Shown: piece after piece, positions 40,820-52,529 of the stretch | How positions within the stretch are numbered: position 1 is the first letter of the stretch | How the letters are laid out: the number at the start of each line of letters is the position of its first letter | From: Eledone cirrhosa | Lineage: Eukaryota | Length of the DNA: 64,000 bases | Direction: 5' to 3' | NCBI GenBank assembly: GCA_964016885.1 | Contig: OZ024741.1 | Coordinates: forward strand, 168,764,001 to 168,828,000 | The notes under the pieces: model-generated | Seen by the model: only the letters and a program-made list of their open reading frames with translations | What the model was told of the DNA's origin: nothing | The model's database searches: none | Made by a program: the position numbers and the translations under genes

Positions 40820-40981
40820 CAAATATATTACACAAAGAGAAGTGTGTTACACAGTGAGATGTGTGTAAAGAATTATTACAAGTGAGTTTTACCGTTACTG
40901 TATAGAGAACAATATCTACTTGTAATAATTCTTTACACACATCTCACTGTGTAACACACCTCTCTTTGTGTAATATATTTG
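40820..40981. repeat. Fold-back inverted repeat (~63-bp arms)
   Basis: aaatatattacacaaagaga..ttacaagt / acttgtaa..tctctttgtgtaatatattt. Confidence 0.85.
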
Positions 40982-41056
40982 CATTTGAGCTCAGAAGAAA
41001 ATTCTCTATATTATTATTATTACTGTGAACTGCGGATTACTCTTAATTCTGATCCT

Positions 41057-41123
<67 letters not shown>

Positions 41124-41189
41124 CGTAAAAAAAGAAAATTAAAAAAAAAAAATTTTTTTAATTTTAAAATTTTAAAATTTTTTAAAAAA

Positions 41190-41884
41190 AATTTTCTTAT
41201 TTTACGTCTTTTATATTATTGTTCTGCATCCTCCTGCATTGAACCACCTAGGTACTATGACATAACCTGTGTATTTGATGGCATTGGCGTACATCTGTGC
41301 GCTTATGTTAGTAGATATATTAAATTATCTATATTTATCTCCAAATCACAAATTTGTCGAGCAAACCTGCCAAAACCACTACTAAATTTTTTTGGAGGGT
41401 GTTAGTAGGCGTCTGTCATCTTACCATCCCATTCCTACCGACTAGCCTCAGTGTCACGTGATTGATTCTTTAGAATCGGCCATTTGACCAGTGGCAGCGA
41501 GAATTTTCAGTGCTTGGAATCCAGTCCTCGATAGCTGTTCCATTTACCGAATTATTATTATTTTTATATGAGCCCCCAGTGTCCGCGCATTGCCTGGAGA
41601 CTTGGCTGAGAATAGACCTCCCTGATGACGCAATGAAATTCTCAACAGTTCATTACGTAACTGTCTTTATCCCATTGCAGAAACTAATTAGTTGGAGTGA
41701 AAATTTAAGTAAGTAAGTCTATTTTAAAAAAATTTCTTTTTTTTTTAATTTTCTTATTTTACGTCTTTTATATTATTGTTCTGCATCCTCCTGCATTGAA
41801 CCACCTAGGTACTATGACATAACCTCTGTATTTGCTGGCATTCGCGTACATCTGTGCGCTTATGTTAGTAGATATATTAAATTA

Positions 41885-41888
<4 letters not shown>
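41190..41888 (+). mobile_element. Hammerhead-bearing 557-bp unit with ~140-bp terminal redundancy (solo pLTR or retrozyme-like)
   Basis: 41190-41331 repeated at 41747-41888; related fragment at 56583-56740. Confidence 0.7.
41618..41697 (+). ncRNA. Hammerhead ribozyme with branched stem II
   Basis: CTCC CTGATGA C-GCAATG..ACAGTT..AACTGT..CATTGC-A GAAA CTAATTAG TT| GGAG. Confidence 0.75.
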
Positions 41889-41945
<57 letters not shown>

Positions 41946-42238
41946 TGAAACAAAATGAAAACGAAATTTCATTTCTCACTCTTAGTATGGCACTTACTTA
42001 AATGTAAGTATGCATGTATACGTACATACATATATGTATACAGACGTACAGTAGCACGCACATATATATATATATATACATATATATATACATATGCATA
42101 CAGGTACACATACATATATGCACGTATCAGTTTAGCGGCGCTTATTATAACGTCGCTTTGTTCGTTTGTAAACAAACTGAACAGCCTGAATTTATGCCAT
42201 ACGGTGTTAAGGCAACCACGTCACCTTTTTGTTCAACA

Positions 42239-42307
42239 CTGACACAGGAACGATGTACTAGTTTCAAGCTTGTTAGCTATCATCAGCACCGTTTACCCAT
42301 CTGCCAG
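42239..42307 (-). ncRNA. Hammerhead ribozyme, full type I (family B)
   Basis: CTGGCA..TGGG..AACGGTG CTGATGA TAGCT-AACA-AGCTT GAAA CTAG TA| CATCGTT CCTG TGTCAG. Confidence 0.88.
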
Positions 42308-42554
42308 ATATATATATATATGTGTGTATTGAGTGAATGTGAAAGACTAAATGATAGCATTCTATATATAGGTGGGTCCCTTTCATCTGGCAACAAATAT
42401 TTTTAAACCTAGTCCGCCACTGTGTGTATATATATATAGGACATTTAAATAAATCTAAGGTAAAAGGCTAATTCTCAACAATATCTTTTGCATTTGCATT
42501 CTTTATTCTATGTCCATACCTGCATTGTTTTGGCTTTATTATACATATACAAAC

Positions 42555-42590
<36 letters not shown>

Positions 42591-42730
42591 AATTTTTTTT
42601 CGAATATTGTTATTAATATTCAAAAAACTCAGATTACATTTATTGTATTCAGTCATGTAGAGCGAAAAAGTTTCTTTTTTTTATTTGAATATGACAAAGC
42701 CGGCCATTGATCGCTCTTATAAAGGAAACT

Positions 42731-42860
42731 GACTGGCCAGTCTGCTGATATGCAAATCTGGTTGATCAGTGGATCTGCTAATATGCAGATCTGACTGATC
42801 AGCCTGTATGCTAATATGCAAATTAGGCCGACAGTCACTGTATATTTTAGAAAATATATA
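42731..42860 (+). promoter_or_regulatory. Candidate snRNA-type promoter: three octamer repeats, PSE-like box, TATA
   Basis: ATGCAAAT 42750-42757, ATGCAGAT 42783-42790, ATGCAAAT 42816-42823 at 33-nt spacing; TCACTGTATA at 42835; TATATA 42855-42860. Confidence 0.4.
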
Positions 42861-42886
42861 TTTTCACTAGCTCTGACAGCTGACAG

Positions 42887-42952
42887 GTGAACAGTGAACT
42901 GTACTGATGAAGGGTACTACCCAGAAACATTAGTGTCTGCAGTTCTGTTTAC
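42887..42952 (+). ncRNA. Hammerhead ribozyme, full type I (family A)
   Basis: Identical to 40562-40627 except one loop II base; GUC site at 42935-42937. Confidence 0.9.
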
Positions 42953-43090
42953 ATGCCAACACAAGAGCAAGAATGAGGGGTTTATTCTACTGACATGGTT
43001 TTTAAAATGAGGCCTGTTTGCATAATTGCAAACAAATCGAATATTGTTATTAATATTCGAAAAACTCAGATTAGATTTATCATATATATA

Positions 43091-43279
43091 TAATTGTTTC
43101 TACTTTAGGCACAAGGCCAGCAATTACCCAGTGCATTACTGGTACTTTATTTTATCGACCCCGTAAGGATGAAAGGCAAAGTCAACCTCGGCGAGATTTG
43201 AACTCAGATCATAAATGGACGTAACTATGCTGGAAAGCATGGCGTCCGACCCTCTACCGATACTGCCAATCCACCGCCC
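43091..43279 (-). mobile_element. Full-length Meta-type tRNA SINE
   Basis: A and B boxes, gcctttcatccttacggggtcgataaa domain; nearly identical to 55006-55193. Confidence 0.85.
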
Positions 43280-44208
43280 TCATATATATAGGAATAAGGT
43301 AAGGTCAAATCATAGTAGATTCAAATATCACAGAGAGAAAGAGAGAGAGGAGAGAGAGAGGGGAGGGGAAAAATGAGGTGGAACATGGATTGCAAGTTAA
43401 AATCTAGTCTAGATAGATGAGAAACAAAACGAGGATGTAGTTTATGGAACACCCAAATGATTTAGAAGTCGACTTTAAGTAAGAGCAATAACATTAAGGA
43501 AGACAAGAACGACACCACATAATTTTGCTTTGAACATTTTGAAAGTAGGTTTATAAGTATGAATTTTCATAACATTTTCTTAGTTGTCTCAGTGGACTAG
43601 CGATAGGTACTAAATACGGTCGAGATCCTGGTCTTGGGTTCAATCCTTGTCAAGACGTACATGTCACCTTTTTCTCTTTTACAACCAATAGAAAAAAAAA
43701 ATGAAAAGATTTACCGGGAACCCTACTCCCTACAAGGATCGAACTTTAGACCATTCTATGATTTCTCCAACTAGGCCACCGAGACAGCTACAAAACTGTG
43801 ATGAAAATTGATAATTATAAACCTACTTTCAAAATCAAAGTTAAAAAGATGTAGTGTTGTTCATGGCTTTCCTAGAGCTATTAATAATATTTAGGGTCGA
43901 CTTCTGGTCATTATTGAAAGTCTCTGGAGTTCGCAATATACATAATATTTTTTATTGGAGAAGGTAAGATATTTTTCCGCAAAAAATTTGATTGCACTGT
44001 TTTGTTTTCACTTATGTATTTTTCGAAAATGTTATTTATTCATTATAAAAATTAAATGATAGCATTCTATATGTAGGTGGGCCCTCTACAGCTGGCAACG
44101 AATATTTTTAGACCTAGTCCGCCACTGTCTGTAGGGAAGTGTATAGTCAACCATATTACTCAGTATTTAACTTTTCGTATCTTCTCACTTTTTAACCCAA
44201 TAAGATTG

Positions 44209-44818
44209 GGCCGTGTTCACAAGTGATGGAAAGCAGGAGGTTGAATTAAGTGCAATAACTGCAAAATCTGGTGCAGTAATGCACCAGCTTCAGCATTCAG
44301 AAGTTAGAAGAAGGGAGGTAGGCGTAAAAGTCAAACTCATTGTCTTCATTTTGGTTTTCGTGCCGACCCTTACCTATGATCATGAATCTTGGGTAATGAC
44401 CGAAAGAATACGATCACGAATACAAGCGGCTAAAATGGGATTCCTCTGAAGGGTCTTTTGAGTAACGTTACTCGATAAAGTGAGCATCTCGGAGATCAGA
44501 GAGTCACTCCAGGTAGAGTCGCTACTTCTCCTAATTGAGAGATTACAGCTCAGTTACTATAGGCATGTGGTTAGAATGTCTCAGGAAAGAATCGCTGGAC
44601 AGATTTTATGGGCGAAACCAACAGGGAGGCGACCTAGGAGTAGACCCCGAGCAAGATGGTTGGATAACATCCATGAGCCTGGCTGGTCCCGCCGCTTGGG
44701 GATCGAGTCGGATAAGTTGGAGACGGTTGCTTCTGACAGGACCCGCTGGAGGGAATGTTTAAGGACATTGCCCCAAATGCCCTCTCAGGAATAAGTGGGC
44801 GAAGAAGAAAAAGAAGAC
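44209..44818 (+). mobile_element. RTE LINE 3' fragment
   Basis: VFVPTLTYDHESWVMTERIRSRIQAAKMGFL; HVVRMSQERIAGQILWAKPTGRRPRSRPRARWLD; GAA tail. Confidence 0.88.
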
Positions 44819-45207
44819 GAGATTTGAAATCAGAATATCAGAACGTCAATGTTTTACTTAAATACTAGTAAATATTTCCTCCGAGGCACGAAAGATTTCC
44901 GCCTACAAATCCAAATTATGATTATTTGTCTTTTTTAAACTTAACATTAAAATATTAAAACAATACAAAATAATCTCAAAGATATTTAGGAAACATTTAA
45001 TTCATGAGTATTTATTTATATATCGGCTTTCGCATGGATAACTAAATATATTGCCTCATCAAACTTTTCTGTTAAATCCTTTAATAACTACTTAAAAATA
45101 AATTTCACTATGCATTATGTGTAATATAAGTGTGCATATATAAATGTGTGTGAATATATATGATCATCATTTAAAATCCGTTTCCTTGCTAACGCAAACA
45201 AACACAC

Positions 45208-45288
<81 letters not shown>

Positions 45289-45317
45289 TATATATATATA
45301 TAAATATATATATATAA

Positions 45318-45384
<67 letters not shown>

Positions 45385-45389
<5 letters not shown>

Positions 45390-45987
45390 GATTTCCGCAT
45401 GGATTATCCATTTATTTTGAGACTTGAAACCGAACGGTAAGGGTAATTATAGCACGTACAGTGAACCTTTTAAAATTTATTTTAAAACGTTTTCTTATTT
45501 GCTAAACCTTGATTATATATGTTCTGGCTTTATTAACCTGCCATAGAACCATATTGGCATACGGTTGGATAATGCACGTGTCCCTATATGCCTTTTGCAT
45601 GTAGGGAAACATACTTTATTATTATTAATCTCCCCTGGTCGAGATAACATTTTGGTCGTTTTAACTGCTGCTATTTCTAGTGGCAGTACATTGACCTGTC
45701 CGCCCCTGCCTTCTATCTTTACACACGGCACTAGACAAAATTGTTTCTTCATCATACACTCTCATCCTGGAACAGTTCTGTATGGCGCCAGTTCGTGATT
45801 TGAACTCGGAAATTTTATATTCTCCGAGTGAGAAGAACCCTCTTACAAATGTCTTCTTCTCAATGGATTTCCGCATGGATTATCCATTTATTTTGAGACT
45901 TGAAACCGCGCGGTAAGCGTAATTATAGCAGGTACAGTGAACTTTTTAAAATGTATTTTGAAACTTTTTCTTATTTGCTAAACCTTG

Positions 45988-45992
<5 letters not shown>
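45385..45992. repeat. Partial tandem (about 1.27 copies of a 476-bp unit) between TA runs
   Basis: 45385-45515 repeated at 45861-45991. Confidence 0.85.
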
Positions 45993-46047
<55 letters not shown>

Positions 46048-46054
46048 ATATATG

Positions 46055-46121
<67 letters not shown>

Positions 46122-46166
46122 ATAGAATACTATTAGCTTCTCGCTAAAACAATTTCTATACCTTTC

Positions 46167-46204
<38 letters not shown>

Positions 46205-46303
46205 AAATGAATATATACATATATACACATTCATATATACATAAATATACATAAATATACGTACATATATGTATGCATATATATATATATATATTATATA
46301 TAA

Positions 46304-46709
46304 GAATGTATGTATAGTATGTTTGGCAATATACCGTATGTTCAATTCAAAACATTTTGAAGACCATACGCTATCGGTTTTAAAGTAGTGAATATGTCAC
46401 TTACTTCTTTTCGGCGAAAGAAGGGAGAGAAGCTGACAGTCTGTTTCACGCTATTGGCGATCATGAGAGCCACGCACTCCCCGCTTTCACCGAAAATTAT
46501 AGAAGCTGGAATCTTATAGAATTCCAGTAATAATCAGGAGCTGATTATACAGAGCAATTGCCGCTCCAGCAACAATTAGGTATTAGGATTGGTGCTCTGA
46601 AATAACGATGTATACATGAATGTATGTATAGTATATTTGGCAATATACCGTATGTTTAATTAAAAACATTTTGAAGACCATACGTTATCGGTTTGAATGT
46701 AGTGACTAT
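46304..46709 (-). mobile_element. Retrozyme-like unit, family C, 314-nt monomer plus ~92-nt redundancy
   Basis: 46304-46395 repeated at 46618-46709; homologous to 9745-10095 and 58042-58160. Confidence 0.75.
46408..46496 (-). ncRNA. Hammerhead ribozyme, full type I, with G5C core mutation
   Basis: TTTTCGGTGAAAG CGGGGAG-TGCGT-GGCT CTCATGA T-CGC-CAATA-GCG-T GAAA CA-GAC-TG TC| AGCT-TCT-CTCCCTT CTTTCGCCGAAAA. Confidence 0.75.
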
Positions 46710-46768
46710 AGTATATTTGGCAATATATATATATATATATATACATAAACACAAACAGATATATATAA

Positions 46769-46823
<55 letters not shown>

Positions 46824-47073
46824 AACACATAAACAAGTATATATAAATATTTATATATATATATATAGTATTAAGGATACTATTTATGGTTATGTATGTA
46901 ATAAAACCTTTTATGGCAATATATTTTTTATAGAAACCTTAAATAGTGAAAGATAGTCATTAATTACTATCTTATTACCAGTAACATAAATAGCTCAATA
47001 TAATAACATCGGTTGTTTTACAGAGCAGTTATATAGAGATTACAATAATCAAAGTTCAGTTTAAATCATTTAT

Positions 47074-47122
47074 TTGCTTACAATTGTTTCCTCCAAACCG
47101 AAGTTTGGATTCTTCGGAGCAA
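47074..47122 (-). ncRNA. Hammerhead ribozyme (left inverted pLTR)
   Basis: Reverse complement of 50850-50898. Confidence 0.75.
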
Positions 47123-47904
47123 CTATTTAGTGATCTATAACATACTTGACCTCCTTTTCAACACAAGAGACATATAAAACATATGCACATATTGATCCAC
47201 AGTGGGATGACATCCATCAAAATGATATAGCATGGCAATTTACATATAAAGGTTAAAGGATAAAAATAAAAATAAAAATAAAAATAAAAATGAAAATAAA
47301 AATGAAGCGTTGGCAGTCTATGAAGATAAAGCAAGAGGAAAGTTTAGAGTAGTCAGTGTATGAAACAATCTCACGCGTAGCATGCACGCGTGTCCCATTT
47401 ATACAGGATTAGAGTGCGTCAGAATGTTATTTGCAGGGTCAGGCAGTTGAAGCAGGCAATCGATATTATTATGTGGGCTGAATTATTAAGTCATTTATTC
47501 GCATACACCTGTATGATATACAGTCCCGAATGTAGAGAAACACCAAAATATCAAAAATTTCAAACATATAAACCATATTGTATCGTAGGCAAAACAGTAC
47601 CACTGTCTTCGCTCACACCACCACTCACATAATCCATGAGACGCAATATATAGAACACGGGTCTATCATATAATTCACGATGGTTCAGCATATAACCAAG
47701 TTATAAACCGTATCTTGTCGATTCTTAATTAATAGATCATGTTGTTTAGTTTTGTGTGATGATATTATATTCCGGAAGTGTCTGTATGACCAAGGGGAAT
47801 TAATGCGTAAGGGGAGGTAACTAGCTGGTTTTCTTAGTTAAATTTATTATCCTAAATTACAACAAAAGTAACCCACACCACAGAAATTACCATAGTAGCA
47901 ATAA

Positions 47905-48807
47905 AGGAAACAAATCACCAGATATAAAAACAGAAATAGAACAAGAAATAATACATTTTTCAACCCTCCTTTCAATCTAAACGTCTCTACCAACCTACCT
48001 AGGGCTTTCTTCTCACTACTGGATAAACACTTCCCATCCGGCCACAGGTACCATAGCCTTTTAAACAAAAACACTATTAAAATCTCATACTCTACTACGC
48101 CTAACTTAGCATACCACATAGCTAGTAGCAATAAAAGAAAAATTAATTCTTACTTCCAACAAACTAAATCACAACAGACGATAAACCTTCAAAATAACAT
48201 TCAAAATAACATTCAAAATAACATTATAGCAACTAACCATAATATCAATGGAAATAATAGTATTAGTACTAGTGTAAACATTAACGCTGCGTACGACAAC
48301 CCACATAACCATAACCCTATAGCTAACATCCAAACTTCTACACAGCATAGTAACCGGCAGACTAGCACCCAGAATAATTGTAACTGTAGATCAAATAGAA
48401 CCTGCCCTTTAGATAAAAAATGCTTAACCAAGGATATCATATACTCATGTACAGTCGCAACTAACAACTCTTCTGAAACCTATATAGGCTCTACTTCTAA
48501 CTGCTTCAAAACTAGATACAATTCGCACCTCCGCTCTTTCAAAAAACACAGTCTAGCCAACTCCACTTCACTATCTAGTTACATACACTATCTAAAAACT
48601 AAAAATAAAATATATACACTTAAATGGGGAGTGGTAGGTAGTGCAACATCGTACAAACCACCTAATAAATTTTGTAACCTCTGTCTACTAGAGACCCATA
48701 TTATCATCTTCTCTAACCATAATCTCCTTAATAAAAAATCAGAAGTGTTCGCATCTTGCCAACACCGCTTCCGACACTCGTTCCAAAACTTTAAACCCTA
48801 TATATAA
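47905..48807 (+). CDS. ATG-less open frame (300 codons): Naiad-type linker plus GIY-YIG endonuclease
   Basis: Manual translation without stops: RTRNNTFFNPPFNL..HFPSGHRYH..CNCRSNRTCPLDKKCL..IIY..YIGSTS..FKTRY..CNLCLLE..LNKKSE..CQHR. Confidence 0.85.
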   Translation, partial: RKQITRYKNRNRTRNNTFFNPPFNLNVSTNLPRAFFSLLDKHFPSGHRYHSLLNKNTIKISYSTTPNLAYHIASSNKRKINSYFQQTKSQQTINLQNNIQNNIQNNIIATNHNINGNNSISTSVNINAAYDNPHNHNPIANIQTSTQHSNRQTSTQNNCNCRSNRTCPLDKKCLTKDIIYSCTVATNNSSETYIGSTSNCFKTRYNSHLRSFKKHSLANSTSLSSYIHYLKTKNKIYTLKWGVVGSATSYKPPNKFCNLCLLETHIIIFSNHNLLNKKSEVFASCQHRFRHSFQNFKPYI

Positions 48808-50849
48808 CAATGTCAGACTGGAACCGTCACCACCCCTAGCAATTAGCATCAGTAGCACACCTTACACCTCATCTCCACACCCATTTATATACTCTAAGGG
48901 TAATACTGGCAGCATTTTAGTACCATCTACCCTTGGAATACCCACATGTACTTCTATTTCTGATATCTCGGCCGTGGATTACTTAAACTGCATTGCACAA
49001 ATATATGATTAATATAAACTGTAGACACGGTATTGGCTGTGCTAACAAAATCCTGTGCATGGAATGCCACCATGAGATAGATTGATGATTAGATAGGTAA
49101 TCTTATTGTTATGTTAATATATACTATATACGATCAGTTCAATGAATTATGCACAGATGATACATGAGTTAGGAGTTTCTGTGTTGCTTGATGACATGAT
49201 TGGTATCTTTTGATGAGAGAACTGGCCACCGGACCACCCTGGTGAATTTACCGGGGATGCAGTCATACTATGACCTGAATCTTGCCGGGAGTCTTGTATG
49301 ATAATAAGACCATTATTAGTAGTGAGACCCATATAATTAATTTTGTAGTCTGACTCTTCTTATAGATTGTCCAGGTGTGGCACTCCATATTGGATTGTAA
49401 TCATCATGATATGAACTCCTTTAGTACTTATTAATAGACTCCACTCTAATTTGTAGATAAGATACCTAATTTAATTTATATGTGAGATGGGAGTTTATGT
49501 ACTGCTTGATGGCCAGACTGGTGTCCTTATATGAGAGATTTGATCTCCAGATTGTAATCATCATGATATGAACTCCTTTAGTACCTAGTAATAGACTCCA
49601 CTCTAATTTGTAGATAAGATACCTAATTTAATTTATATATGAGATGGGGGTAATCTATTGCTTGATGGCCAGACTGGTGTCTTTATATGAGAAATTTGAT
49701 CTCCGGACCATCCTGAAGATATTCAGATTTACCAAGGATTCAGGCATACAATGACCCAGTGCCTACCGGGAGTCATATATAATAATAGGACCATGCCAGG
49801 TCCTGCGGGAGGAATTACATTTACATGGAACATTGATTTGGGAGTCTGACTCCTCTTATAAAATGTTCAGATATGACACCCCTTAATAGAAGGTAATCAT
49901 CCTAATATATACACCCTAGTACTTCTTAATGGACAACACTGTATCCTTTAAATAAGTAACATATTCTAGAAATTAGTTATAACATCATATGATAGGCACT
50001 TATTTGAAACACCATTAATGTAATTTAGGATAATAAATTTAACTAAGAAAACCAGCTAGTTATAACATCATATGATAGGCACTTATTTGAAACACCATTA
50101 ATGTAATTTAGGATAATAAATTTAACTAAGAAAACCAGCTAGTTACCTCCCCTTACGCATTAATTCCCCTTGGTCATACAGACACTTCCGGAATATAATA
50201 TCATCACACAAAACTAAACAACATGATCTATTAATTAAGAATCGACAAGATACGGTTTATAACTTGGTTATATGCTGAACCATCGTGAATTATATGATAA
50301 ACCCGTATTCTATATATTGCGTCTCATGGATTATGTGAGTGGTGGTGTGAGCGAAGACAGTGGTACTGTTTTGCCTACGATACAATATGGTTTATAATAT
50401 GTTTGACATTTTTGATATTTTGGTGTTTCTCTACATTCGGGACTGTATATCATACAGGTGTATGCGAATAAATGACTTAATAATTCAGCCCACATAATAA
50501 TATCGATTGCCTGCTTCAACTGCCTGACCCTGCAAATAACATTCTGACGCACTCTAATCCTGTATAAATGGGACACGCGTGCATGCTACGCGTGAGATTG
50601 TTTCATACACTGACTTCTCTAAACTTTCCTCTTGCTTTATCTTCATAGACTGCCAACGCTTCATTTTTATTTTCATTTTTATTTTTATTTTTATTTTTAT
50701 TTTTATTTTTATCCTTTAACCTTTATATGTAAATTGCCATGCTATATCATTTTGATGGATGGCATCCCACTGTGGATCAATATGTGCATATGTTTTATAT
50801 GTCTCTTGTGTTGAAAAGGAGGTCAAGTATGTTATAGATCACTAAATAG

Positions 50850-50898
50850 TTGCTCCGAAGAATCCAAACTTCGGTTTGGAGGAAACAATTGTAAGCAA
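50850..50898 (+). ncRNA. Hammerhead ribozyme (right pLTR), U4C variant
   Basis: TTGCT CCGAAGA A-TCCAAAC-TTCG-GTTTGGA-G GAAA CAATTG TA| AGCAA. Confidence 0.75.
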
Positions 50899-50932
50899 AT
50901 AAATGATTTAAACTGAACTTTGATTATTGTAA

Positions 50933-50970
<38 letters not shown>

Positions 50971-51115
50971 AACACATATATGTGTGTGTGTGTGTGTGTG
51001 TGAGTGTGTGCGCGCGCGCTGCCGTTTACTTACTCATAACGAATCTGGGTACAATCAGAGTTATAAGTTTGTATTTCTTAGGGACAAATCTTATAATATT
51101 ATTGAGTGCATAAGT

Positions 51116-51284
51116 ATCGGTAGAGGGTCGGACGCCCTGCTTTGATGCATAGAGTTACGGCCCTTGCCATTCTGAGTTCAAATCCCGCCGAGGTTAACTT
51201 TGCCTTTCATCCTTACGGGGTGGATAAAATAAAGTACCAGTAATGTACTGGTTAATTGCTGGCCTTGTGCCAATAGTAGAAACA
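51116..51284 (+). mobile_element. 5'-truncated Meta-type tRNA SINE
   Basis: 18-bp TSD attattgagtgc(a/g)taagt at 51098-51115 and 51285-51302. Confidence 0.85.
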
Positions 51285-51910
51285 ATTATTGAGTGCGTAA
51301 GTGAAGTTACACGGATTCTCTTCTTAACCTAATGTTTATTTCTTCTCCCAGTTGGTGTATTTGCTTTGAATGTAAGTTGAACGTGTCCTTCTTTTTTTTA
51401 ATCCTCGTTTGATTTACATTTGTTTTGCTATTCGGTCCTTGATTTTACTGTATTTGACTGGCTGAGAGTTCGTGGTCTAAATTCTGTTTTTGAATTTTCC
51501 GCTGCCGCATTTCCTCACAATGGTCAGTTTCAGCCGACTTTCACTTTGGGAGGTCATGAATTACTACTAGCCCGAGACGGTTATAATTAGTGATGGCAAA
51601 CTTTTCTTTTTGAGATGGGTGATTCTCCGCTGATGAGGTACTACACGCCCAGTTACGTGAAATCTGCAGATATTACATAACTACTGTGAATGGCAGTTGC
51701 AGTTCTAACTTTTATGAGCAGAATCAGTAAAGAAACTATAGATAGTCTAAGTTTATGATATGCAATTATCATTACTTACACGCTGTCGCATACTTACTAA
51801 TAACGAATATGTGTGCTCTTTGTGTTAGACGTTTGCATCCCTTGCATACAAATCTTACAATATCAATCAACTTATAATAGAATGGAATTATAATTTAGCT
51901 TTCGTATTTC

Positions 51911-52391
51911 GTATTTCTTAAGAAATACGGTATGTTTATAAATAAACATTTAGAAAGCCTTAGCTATGCAAAAACACCGGCTGCTATCGCCACCTGGTGG
52001 TGTCCAGCAGAAAGAAGGGGGACAATCGTCGACGCATTTCGAACTGAACTGGTTGTAGTCCGGACGATCACTTCCACTCTTGCAACAGCTGGACTTTGAA
52101 AACAGGCGAAAGTATATAGTTTTCTCGTCTGTGTAATTGTATTCTATTCTAAGTTGAGCCAACTTATGCAGCTTCATATGCAAATGAGATTAATCACCTC
52201 ATTTACACTGACTACAAAACTATATATTCTCGCCTGTTTTCAAAGTCCAGCAGTTGCAAGACCAGTGCATCGACGACTATCCCTCTTGCTTCTGCTGGAC
52301 ACCACCAGGTGGTGATAGTTGCCGGTGTTTTCGCATATTTACGGCTTTCTAAATATTTATTTATAGACATACCGTATTTCTTTAGAAATAC
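51911..52391. mobile_element. Head-to-head pair of retrozyme-like units (MITE-like appearance)
   Basis: Arms 51911-52136 and 52203-52391; degenerate hammerhead 52002-52094 (minus; core CGGACTA); octamer 52178-52185 in the spacer. Confidence 0.55.
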
Positions 52392-52529
52392 AAAATTCCA
52401 ATACATATATATATGTATATATATATATACTTCGTTCTTGAATTTTTTTCCCAAAATTTCTTATCTGAAAACGTGTGTTGAAACAGATATTGTTATACAT
52501 TAGGAGCGTCATGCTGCCAATAAAACCAC

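Larger units (their letters stand above)
42601..43081 (+). mobile_element. Retrozyme-like unit, family A, complete 437-nt monomer plus ~44-nt redundancy
   Basis: cgaatattgttattaatattc.aaaaactcagatta at 42601 and 43038. Confidence 0.8.
47037..50935 (+). mobile_element. Naiad-type Penelope-like element with inverted pLTRs (47037-47861 and 50102-50935)
   Basis: ~830-bp near-identical inverted arms, each with a hammerhead; internal 157-bp and 82-bp tandem duplications. Confidence 0.85.

Noticed and set aside
40468-43081. Single LTR element bounded by the two family A copies
   Set aside because: No TG...CA ends, PBS, PPT or TSD; the interior consists of unrelated insertions
42347-44130. ~80-bp direct repeat ending ctagtccgccactg (42347-42423 and 44054-44128)
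   Set aside because: Probably two DNA-transposon end fragments; no partner inverted terminus found, so not called as an element
47905-48807. Selenocysteine recoding, reported for some Naiad elements
   Set aside because: No in-frame TGA in this frame or in 24447-25238; conserved Cys use TGT/TGC
51630-51672. CTGATGA...GAAA TCTGCAGA TA hammerhead core
   Set aside because: Palindromic stem III is suggestive, but stem I cannot form; at best a dead copy
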